A stretch of 34,088 nt of DNA from Bacillota bacterium (GTDB lineage Bacteria > Bacillota > Clostridia > Christensenellales > UBA1242): the NCBI GenBank assembly GCA_009780625.1, contig WQZR01000002.1, forward strand, positions 1 through 34,088, given 5' to 3'. The position numbers and the translations under genes were made by a program. The notes beneath the pieces were generated by a model. That model saw nothing but the letters and a program-made list of their open reading frames with translations, was not told where the DNA came from and did not search any database. The first letter of the stretch is position 1. Every line of letters begins with the position of its first letter. Of this stretch, positions 17,056 through 23,491 are shown piece after piece.

Positions 17056-17730
17056 TTAGTCTTTAAAAAATAAAAATACGTTGTTTTCAGCCCATTCAAT
17101 AAAGTTGGAAATTGCGTCAATAAACCCATTCATCAGGGTTTCGTTTTCTTTTGTGAAGATTTTTGAGTTCACTTCAATTTGGCAAGCAAAAACTTTTCGC
17201 CCTTCGCCAAAATAGTATGTGATTGTTTTTGGTCCTGCTGAAAAGGGTTGGTCGAAGTGAACTGGCAAGCCTTGCTCTTCAAAGAACTTGATGAGAACAT
17301 CAAGCATAGACTCTTTTCTTTGAGTTTGCAGAAGATAGCCATGATATATGCCAACATTCACAAGTTCTTCTCTCCACGAAGCAAGGCTGTGAATATCTAG
17401 AACAAATCTGATTCTGTGGTCGATAATCATATCTTCCATTTTGGTCTTAAATTTACTTACCATATCGAAATTGGCATCGTTGTGTTCGTTTGCCACTTTT
17501 ATTATTGTGTTGCAACCTGTTTTATTGTTCAACGCTAAAGCAATGCCAATTGTGCTTGGCTCTGCAAATTTCTTTTTTCCAAGCCTAACCTGTCCAACGC
17601 CATGGGGAGCAGAAACAAGAACTCGAGAGTTTTCGCTTTCGATTGTGTGATATTCTTGTTCTCCTTCTTTTAGATGAAGAAGAGATTTTTTGAGTTTAGT
17701 AAACTCTTCAAATGTAACAGTATTCTTCAT
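17056..17730 (-). CDS. hypothetical hydrolase-like protein (possibly N-formylglutamate amidohydrolase fold)
   Basis: SAPHGVGQVRLGKKKFAEPST and FVLDIHS loosely resemble zinc amidohydrolase motifs. The assignment is weak. Confidence 0.6.
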   Translation of the reverse strand: MKNTVTFEEFTKLKKSLLHLKEGEQEYHTIESENSRVLVSAPHGVGQVRLGKKKFAEPSTIGIALALNNKTGCNTIIKVANEHNDANFDMVSKFKTKMEDMIIDHRIRFVLDIHSLASWREELVNVGIYHGYLLQTQRKESMLDVLIKFFEEQGLPVHFDQPFSAGPKTITYYFGEGRKVFACQIEVNSKIFTKENETLMNGFIDAISNFIEWAENNVFLFFKD

Positions 17731-17736
17731 ACATGA

Positions 17737-17745
17737 ATTATAGCA
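17737..17745 (-). promoter_or_regulatory. extended -10 promoter TGcTATAAT (minus strand), 6 nt before ATG 17730
   Basis: The reverse complement reads TGcTATAAT-tcatgt-ATG. No SD. Confidence 0.6.
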
Positions 17746-17747
17746 TT

Positions 17748-17770
17748 AAAAAAAGCCCCTAAGGGCTTTT
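17748..17770 (-). terminator. intrinsic terminator, stronger in the minus orientation
   Basis: aaaagccc-ctaa-gggctttt. The minus strand reads stem + T7; the plus strand reads stem + T4. Confidence 0.6.
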
Positions 17771-17945
17771 AAGTTTGGTTGGGTAGGGGTGGAACACCTT
17801 GAACGCCTAAGGGCTGGAGAACCCTTTGAGCCGTTTACAATATTCTTTGAGGGGCTTGTTGCTCTCGTTATACCCTGGACAAAGTCGAAAAGAAAAGGCT
17901 ACTATAATGTGAGGGATGAGAGGGCAAAGTTTGTAAAGATAGATA

Positions 17946-17971
17946 AAGGGCAGTAATACTGCTCTTTTTTT
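17946..17971 (+). terminator. intrinsic terminator (plus strand); member of a 25-bp repeat pair
   Basis: gggcag-taata-ctgctc followed by a T7 run. Near-identical to 20200-20225. Confidence 0.6.
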
Positions 17972-17972
17972 G

Positions 17973-17981
17973 TGATATAAT
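17973..17981 (+). promoter_or_regulatory. extended -10 promoter TGaTATAAT, 6 nt before ATG 17988
   Basis: TGa + TATAAT, then ttcgac, then ATG. No SD. Confidence 0.55.
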
Positions 17982-17987
17982 TTCGAC

Positions 17988-18335
17988 ATGGCAACTTATC
18001 AAGAATTAATATATAAAGAAATAGGTGAAATAATTAAAATCGTCCAGTACATTGAATGGAATTTGCTTGGTAGATTAAAGCGAGATAATTTTGAAGAAAT
18101 GACACTCGGGCAAATAATAAAACTAATTCGCACAAAAAAAGTCCTTCACATAACTGCTATAGATGAGCTAGAAGAAATATTGAGAAAGAGAAATGACTTA
18201 GTGCATTCTTACTTTAAACGCAAAGATTTTGAAAAACATTGTAATAATGAATTTTTCCTTTCAAACGAATTGAGGTATCTTGAAAATTTTTGTGATCAGG
18301 TTCAAAAATTTAATGAGTGGCTTGTTAAAAATTAA
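17988..18335 (+). CDS. small HEPN-like protein (R-x4-H motif)
   Basis: 115 aa, predicted all-helical, with RNDLVH (R-N-x3-H) in the second half, as in HEPN RNase domains. Confidence 0.5.
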   Translation: MATYQELIYKEIGEIIKIVQYIEWNLLGRLKRDNFEEMTLGQIIKLIRTKKVLHITAIDELEEILRKRNDLVHSYFKRKDFEKHCNNEFFLSNELRYLENFCDQVQKFNEWLVKN

Positions 18336-18350
18336 TCCTCGCAACTAAAT

Positions 18351-18377
18351 AAAAAGAAGCCTTAGTGACTTCTTTTT
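18351..18377. terminator. bidirectional terminator between convergent genes
   Basis: aaaaagaag...cttcttttt hairpin flanked by A/T runs. It overlaps the stop of the minus-strand gene. Confidence 0.55.
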
Positions 18378-18864
18378 AGATACTGTGTTCATTAACAAAA
18401 GTTGAATTAATTTCTAGTTTATGCAACTTCATGTTAGCTACAATCATAAATCCCAATTCATACTTAAAGTAGCTATAACTGTCTGTCATTATTTTCAATC
18501 GCTCTTTGTCATCATCAAGTCCTTCTCTGTTGGTATCTTTTTTAATTTCTATACAAATTAGATTTCTAAATTCATTATTTTGGTCACTACTTCTTTTATG
18601 AACAATTAAATCTACAACAATTCTTCTATCGTCGTCAATAGTTTTAGGCAAATATTCATTGCCCTTAGCACCCCTGTTATACTCCACATCAACAAAGAAA
18701 TCTCTAAACTCAGAAGAGCTAACTTGTCTTTCGACATACATAGCAAATTTAGAACAAATGCATCTTTCACTTAAACCTCTAGAAATTAAATAACTTTCGT
18801 TATCATTGAAAGACTTGATTGCAAGTCTGACTACTTTTTCTAACTTTCTTTGTGTTTCTGTCAT
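18376..18864 (-). CDS. small PD-(D/E)XK-like nuclease-fold protein, hypothetical
   Basis: VVDLIVHKR...(20 aa)...ICIEIKKD fits hhhD-Xn-E-x-K. AAGGAG SD and TGcTATACT promoter lie upstream on the minus strand. Confidence 0.5.
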   Translation of the reverse strand: MTETQRKLEKVVRLAIKSFNDNESYLISRGLSERCICSKFAMYVERQVSSSEFRDFFVDVEYNRGAKGNEYLPKTIDDDRRIVVDLIVHKRSSDQNNEFRNLICIEIKKDTNREGLDDDKERLKIMTDSYSYFKYELGFMIVANMKLHKLEINSTFVNEHSI

Positions 18865-18902
18865 GCCGCTTTCTCCTTACTTGAATAGTATAGCATATTG
18901 TT

Positions 18903-18963
18903 ATCGGAAATATATATCGGAAATATGTGCAGATTTAGTATATTTCCTATACATATTTCCGAT
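18903..18963. promoter_or_regulatory. operator-like array: 2 direct + 2 inverted copies of ATCGGAAATAT
   Basis: ATCGGAAATAT at 18903-18913 and 18916-18926. Reverse-complement copies ATATTTCCtAT at 18940-18950 and ATATTTCCGAT at 18953-18963. There is a 13-nt phasing within each pair. The array sits in the divergent intergenic region upstream of the HTH-Fic gene. Confidence 0.6.
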
Positions 18964-18993
18964 AGTATGGTAGACTATGAAATAGGAGAGCGT

Positions 18994-19902
18994 ATGAAAT
19001 TTTTATCAGTAGCAGAAATTGCTGAAAAATTAAATCTGTCAGAAAGAAGAGTTAGAATGCTTTGTGCTGAAGGCAAGTTTGAAAATGCCTACCTTAAAGG
19101 TAAAACTTGGCACATACCAGAAGATTCGCAAAAGCCAGTTGATAGAAGAGTAAGCACTAAAACTCCAACGGGTGATTTAGGTGTAATCGATGAGCTTAAA
19201 AAACAAATAGATGCGTGTCGCCCTTTAACACAAGGAGAACGCGATAGGTTTAATGAAGAGTTTCTTGTTGAGTTTACTCATAACAGTAATGCTATCGAAG
19301 GAAACACTTTAACCCTAAGAGAGACAGCTCTTGTTTTGCAGGGAATAACAATCGACCAAAAGCCACTTAAAGACCATTTGGAAGCTATCGGACATAGAGA
19401 CGCTTTTAACTATGTTCTTGATATAGTGAAGCATAAGGAAGAACTTACCGAGTCAGTTATTAAAACCATTCATTCAATTGTATTGATGGATAAGCCAGAG
19501 GATAGAGGCGTTTACCGTAAAGTTCCTGTGACAATAGGTGGCTCTACATATACGCCACCACAACCTTACATAATACCGAAACAAATGGAAGAGTTAATGT
19601 ATAACCTTCAAGACTGGAAAAATACAAAACACATAGCTGAGCAAATAGCTTTGTTTCATTTAGTGTTTGAATCTATTCACCCATTTATTGACGGCAATGG
19701 CAGAACAGGTAGACTGCTTTTAAACCTGAAACTAATGCAGCAAGGCTATCCGCCAATTAACATTAAGTTTTCAGACCGTAGTAAGTATTACTCATGTTTT
19801 GAAAGCTATCATAAAACTGGCTCACCTAAAGCTATGATAAAGCTTGTAGCAAGCCTACTAGAAAAAGAAATGAAAGAGTATTTAAAGAAGTTTAAGGGAT
19901 AA
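18994..19902 (+). CDS. Fic-family protein (AMPylator-type) with N-terminal HTH and internal inhibitory motif
   Basis: HPFIDGNGRTGRLL matches the Fic core HxFx(D/E)GNGRxxR. SNAIEG matches the (S/T)xxxE(G/N) inhibitory helix. N-terminal SVAEIAEKLNLSERRVRMLCAEGKF is HTH-like. AGGAG lies 5 nt before ATG 18994; the 18898 extension was rejected. Confidence 0.85.
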   Translation: MKFLSVAEIAEKLNLSERRVRMLCAEGKFENAYLKGKTWHIPEDSQKPVDRRVSTKTPTGDLGVIDELKKQIDACRPLTQGERDRFNEEFLVEFTHNSNAIEGNTLTLRETALVLQGITIDQKPLKDHLEAIGHRDAFNYVLDIVKHKEELTESVIKTIHSIVLMDKPEDRGVYRKVPVTIGGSTYTPPQPYIIPKQMEELMYNLQDWKNTKHIAEQIALFHLVFESIHPFIDGNGRTGRLLLNLKLMQQGYPPINIKFSDRSKYYSCFESYHKTGSPKAMIKLVASLLEKEMKEYLKKFKG

Positions 19903-19930
19903 ACAAAATATTTATAAAGGAGTTTTAATT

Positions 19931-20170
19931 ATGGCAATTATAACAAAAATTGATAAGGGTGGAGAGAAAAAACTAACAAGGGCTATAACTTATTGCGAGG
20001 CTGAATATAATGAATATTTTGAAGGACATAAAAATGAAAAGTTTGTTGGGATACAAACCTTCGGAAGTAAAGATAGAGTTGATCAGGGAAAACAAAGCCA
20101 AGTTATTCATTTAAATAAGGAAACTGCAATAAAACTTGTTGAATTATTAAGAAAGTCTTTTAACCTATAA
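19931..20170 (+). CDS. hypothetical small protein
   Basis: 79 aa with AAGGAG SD, 28 nt downstream of the Fic gene. No motif recognised. Confidence 0.5.
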   Translation: MAIITKIDKGGEKKLTRAITYCEAEYNEYFEGHKNEKFVGIQTFGSKDRVDQGKQSQVIHLNKETAIKLVELLRKSFNL

Positions 20171-20199
20171 CAATATTAGATAACGAAACTGGTAGAACT

Positions 20200-20225
20200 A
20201 AGGGTAGTAATTAAACTGCTCTTTT
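20200..20225 (+). terminator. intrinsic terminator; second member of the 25-bp repeat pair
   Basis: gggtag-taattaaa-ctgctc + TTTT. Apart from one C/T change and a 3-nt insertion in the loop, it matches aagggcagtaatactgctctttt at 17946-17968. Confidence 0.55.
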
Positions 20226-20242
20226 ATTATCCAACAACATGG

Positions 20243-20316
20243 GCTAATAAATGCAACTCATTTATTAGTATTTAGCTAATAAATGAGTTGACAGGAGCTA
20301 ATTTATGTGGTAGTAT
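20243..20316 (+). promoter_or_regulatory. promoter TTGACA-17-TGgTAGTAT with repeated GCTAATAAATG operator-like motifs
   Basis: Perfect palindrome CTAATAAATG-caact-CATTTATTAG (20244-20268). GCTAATAAATG repeats at 20275-20285, abutting TTGACA (20288-20293). Variant GCTAATTTATG (20297-20307) lies in the spacer. Extended -10 at 20308-20316. Confidence 0.6.
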
Positions 20317-20348
20317 GAATTAACATATTTATACAGGAGGACAATAAT

Positions 20349-21122
20349 ATGGAAGACAATGTAAAAAAAGAAAAAGCAAAAAGTAAGGACTATCCTGCAC
20401 TTACACTTATGGCAGCAGTAGAGTTTTTGCAAGCTTTTAAAGATTACCCATTAAACAAACAAATCTCTTACGCTGTTGCGGCTAAGGTGAAAGGAGTATC
20501 GGAGACGACTAAGTCTTTTAGATATGCTATCAGCGCGGCAAGGCAGTATGGGTTGATTTCAACGGGAGGAAGTGCTTTCTCGTTTCTAGATGCGGGGAAA
20601 AAACTGATACGGCCAACTGATGACGCAGCAACAATTTCATCATTAAAAATGCAATGTTTTTCTAACCCGAAATTGTATGGAGAGTTGATCTCTCAATATA
20701 AGGGAAGATCGATACCAAACATCACGACACTTGAGAATCTTTTAGTAACTTATAATGGAATTATGGCTTCTGCTGCAAATACAGCTGCTCAAACATTCAT
20801 TGACACAGCCACTGAAGTTGGTGCGAATAAAAGTGGAGTTTTAGACTTAGATGTTGATGCTATCGAAGCAGTAGTATCTGGAACTGTTATGGAAGCGCAG
20901 CCAGAAAGAGTTGATGAAGTTTCAAAAGTTGCTGTTTCGGTAACTCCACAAAAAATGTTATTGGAAGAAGGGTTTGAAGCTCCATTAACTATACCTTTTG
21001 GAGAACAAAAAAAGGCTATATTATATATGCCGCAAAATGTAGAGAAAGATGATGCAGAATATGCACTCGAAATGATAAAGTTAATGTTTAAAAAGATTTA
21101 TGGGGTTGGAAAGAATGATTAA
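20349..21122 (+). CDS. uncharacterised protein with putative N-terminal winged-helix domain (operon gene 1)
   Basis: AGGAGG SD. The N-terminus (...SFRYAISAARQYGLISTGGSAFSFLDAGKKL) has a wHTH-like pattern. Ala/Val-rich linker. C-terminal LTIPFGEQKKAILYMPQNVEKDDAEYALEMIKLMF. No family recognised. Confidence 0.7.
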   Translation: MEDNVKKEKAKSKDYPALTLMAAVEFLQAFKDYPLNKQISYAVAAKVKGVSETTKSFRYAISAARQYGLISTGGSAFSFLDAGKKLIRPTDDAATISSLKMQCFSNPKLYGELISQYKGRSIPNITTLENLLVTYNGIMASAANTAAQTFIDTATEVGANKSGVLDLDVDAIEAVVSGTVMEAQPERVDEVSKVAVSVTPQKMLLEEGFEAPLTIPFGEQKKAILYMPQNVEKDDAEYALEMIKLMFKKIYGVGKND

Positions 21123-22077
21123 CGAAATAACAAGACTTTTTCAGTCAGCAGAAAAGACCATTGACAAGCCGATATTGCCATCATACATTTTTTATGTTTC
21201 TGACAAAGGAATTGATAAAGCAATTTATGATTTAGGCACAAAGAAAACACATTTGGAAATCTGCGAAGTTGAGCAGGAGTTTTTAATAGATATGGGCTTA
21301 ATGAACAAGGTTAACTATTCTTTGACTGACGAAGGAAAAGGATATTTCGAAACGCGATTCATACATGGAAATATTGCCGAAGCAGAATTATTTATAAAAC
21401 AGAAGCTTCAACAAAACCCTATAGTAAATCTTGTCTGCCAAGTATTCTATGGCAGAGGAAAAATCGGTTATCAGCAGTTAGTTGCTTTGCTTAACCATCA
21501 TAAAGTAGATGATCATGAACTTACCAGGCAAAATATTTTCCCCTTTCTCGTTTTGTTAAATAAGTTTAAAATATTGGTATTGGACAAGAAAAATGGGACA
21601 TTCTATTTAAAAGAACCACTTGTAAGTGATGTTGTGATTAAACAATATTATATATCGCCAAGTACTCCATTTAGTAATTTGCTTAATATAAAGAAAACTC
21701 TAAGGTCTTGCAAGGGTGACATTTATTGGATAGATAAACACTTTAGAAAAGAAGCATTCGAGATAATCATTGATGGGTTGTCACCAGATGGTGTGAAATC
21801 ACTGACTATTATATCGACGGATGAAAATGCTACTCAAAGTGCAAAAGCAGATTTCGAACTATTGAAACAGGAACTTGCCGCTCGGAACATTATTCTTGCT
21901 TGGCTAGTATTAACGGATAAAACTTTAAAGTTGCATGACAGATGGCTTATTTCTGACAATAATGTTTATAACATACCTCCAGTTCTGGCTATTATTAGAG
22001 GGCAAATGGCAGAAATAATTAAGACTGAAAGCAAAATAGATTTAAAACTACTTATACAAAATAGTGTAAGTGTTTAA
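21115..22077 (+). CDS. uncharacterised protein: two wHTH-like modules + C-terminal PLD-fold (MIT_C-like, HDR motif) module (operon gene 2)
   Basis: ATG 21115 overlaps the upstream stop by 8 nt. wHTH-like segments: LIDMGLMNKVNYSLTDEGKGYF and GYQQLVALLN...KILVLDKKNGTFYLK. The C-terminus (IYWIDKHF...LTIISTDEN...LKLHDRWLISDNNVYNIPP) resembles, from memory, the MIT_C module (..IxDPY...HDRxI..). Confidence 0.7.
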   Translation: MINEITRLFQSAEKTIDKPILPSYIFYVSDKGIDKAIYDLGTKKTHLEICEVEQEFLIDMGLMNKVNYSLTDEGKGYFETRFIHGNIAEAELFIKQKLQQNPIVNLVCQVFYGRGKIGYQQLVALLNHHKVDDHELTRQNIFPFLVLLNKFKILVLDKKNGTFYLKEPLVSDVVIKQYYISPSTPFSNLLNIKKTLRSCKGDIYWIDKHFRKEAFEIIIDGLSPDGVKSLTIISTDENATQSAKADFELLKQELAARNIILAWLVLTDKTLKLHDRWLISDNNVYNIPPVLAIIRGQMAEIIKTESKIDLKLLIQNSVSV

Positions 22078-22099
22078 AGAAGAATTTAAATAATAGAAA

Positions 22100-22126
22100 G
22101 CTGAGTTTACAAACTCGGCCTTTTTT
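22100..22126 (+). terminator. intrinsic terminator closing the two-gene operon
   Basis: gctgagtt-taca-aactcggc stem followed by a T6 run. Confidence 0.7.
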
Positions 22127-22198
22127 ATTTGTAGAATTTTGTAAGATAATAGGGTGAATTATGTTAAACTGGACCATTAGTAATTTGGAGAGTTTAGA

Positions 22199-23491
22199 GT
22201 GAAGGATAAGCCAAGGTTTACATTTATTGATTTGTTTGCAGGAGTTGGTGGTTTTCACCAAGCACTAGAATCGCTTGGCGGTGAATGTATTGCTTTTTCC
22301 GAAATAAATAGAGATTGTGTTGAAGTTTATAAAAACAACTTTCCAGGAGCAGAAGATATTGGCGATATAAATAAATGGAAGGAAAAAGGCTTACCTAAAT
22401 TTGATGTACTATGTGGTGGTTTCCCGTGTCAACCTTTTAGTAAAGCAGGAAGACAAGATGGTTTTAAAGATGAAAGAGGAAATTTTTTTGATGTAATAAT
22501 CGACATATTAAAAGAACATAAAGAGTGTAAATTTATAATTTTAGAAAATGTTCGTAATCTGTCTGATAAAACCGAAAACTGGGCACATATTCAAGAGAGA
22601 CTACAAGAGTTAGATTTTATTGTGACTGAGGAAGCTCTTGTTTTATCACCTTGCCAGTTTGGTGATCCGAGAATACCTCAAATAAGAGAAAGGGTTTATA
22701 TTCTTGGTATAAGGAAGGGAATAAGAGATAAAAAAAGATTATCAAATGGTTGTATCCATTTAGAAGAATTAGGGTTGCAGAACCTACCTAAAAAAGGCTC
22801 TTTGAGAAATGGTGATGCTTGGAATATTTTAAATTCAGAGGTAGTTGACAAAAAATATAACTTAGATGACAAAAAAGTTAAAATACTAAACATTTGGGAT
22901 GAATTTAGAAAGGGTACCAAATACGAACCAAGTAATGTTCCTATTTGGTTAGATTACTTCGGATATAAACTTGATGATAATGAGTTTTACAAAAAGAAAG
23001 ATAGAAATGGGAAAGTCTATAAAGAACTGCCAGAGTGGAAGCAGCACTTTGTTGATAAAAATAGAAAGTTTTATCTAAAGCATAAAGGGTTCATAGACGG
23101 GTGGATAGAAAAACATAATATGTTAGAAGAACATTCAGTTTACAAAAAATTTGAATGGAACTGTGGGGCTGACTATAAATTTCTAAAAGATACAATTATA
23201 CAATTCAGACACTCTGGTATTCGTGCGAAACGACCAAACTTTTTTCCTGCATTGGTTGCTATAAACAATACACCTGTTATTTGGGATAAGAGCAAAAACT
23301 TGTATAGATACATTACTCCACGAGAAGCTGCGAACTTACAAAGTTTCAAGCCCGATTATAAATTTGGAAAAAATGACTCCCAAACGTATAAACAACTTGG
23401 AAATGCTGTGAATGTTGAAGTTGTGAAAATATTAACTGAGAAATTGCTAGGCTTTGCGAAAGATGATTGGAATAAAAAGGAAGACAAATAA
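22199..23491 (+). CDS. DNA (cytosine-5)-methyltransferase
   Basis: Motif I FIDLFAGVGGF, motif IV GGFPCQPFS, motif VI ILENVRNL, motif X YKQLGNAVNV. GTG start with GGAG 8 nt upstream. Confidence 0.92.
   Translation: MKDKPRFTFIDLFAGVGGFHQALESLGGECIAFSEINRDCVEVYKNNFPGAEDIGDINKWKEKGLPKFDVLCGGFPCQPFSKAGRQDGFKDERGNFFDVIIDILKEHKECKFIILENVRNLSDKTENWAHIQERLQELDFIVTEEALVLSPCQFGDPRIPQIRERVYILGIRKGIRDKKRLSNGCIHLEELGLQNLPKKGSLRNGDAWNILNSEVVDKKYNLDDKKVKILNIWDEFRKGTKYEPSNVPIWLDYFGYKLDDNEFYKKKDRNGKVYKELPEWKQHFVDKNRKFYLKHKGFIDGWIEKHNMLEEHSVYKKFEWNCGADYKFLKDTIIQFRHSGIRAKRPNFFPALVAINNTPVIWDKSKNLYRYITPREAANLQSFKPDYKFGKNDSQTYKQLGNAVNVEVVKILTEKLLGFAKDDWNKKEDK

Noticed and set aside
17775-17812. Possible tRNA-3'-end remnant (attL-like) at the left island border. 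TGGTTGGGTAGGGGTGGAACACCTTGAACGCC versus the tRNA-fMet 3' end TGGTTGCGGGGGCAGGATTTGAACCTGCGACC.
   Set aside because: Only TGGTTG and TTGAAC blocks match, several indels are needed, and the reverse complement does not fold into a T arm/acceptor. This is not enough to call a direct repeat without a proper alignment.
17916-17936. Six-codon micro-ORF (MRGQSL) 7 nt after TATAAT 17903-17908 and just before the terminator; possible leader peptide or attenuator.
   Set aside because: It is too short to evaluate. No alternative antiterminator structure is evident, and the downstream gene has its own promoter after the terminator.
17982-17988. Additional TTCGACA (0A-box-like) heptamers at 17982-17988 and 28880-28886.
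   Set aside because: A 7-mer is expected a few times by chance in 34 kb on two strands. These copies are not in a sporulation-gene context.
17807-17989. 60-aa minus-strand ORF with a hydrophobic stretch; possible type I toxin.
   Set aside because: It spans a plus-strand terminator hairpin and a promoter, and has no SD or -10 box in position. Likely spurious.
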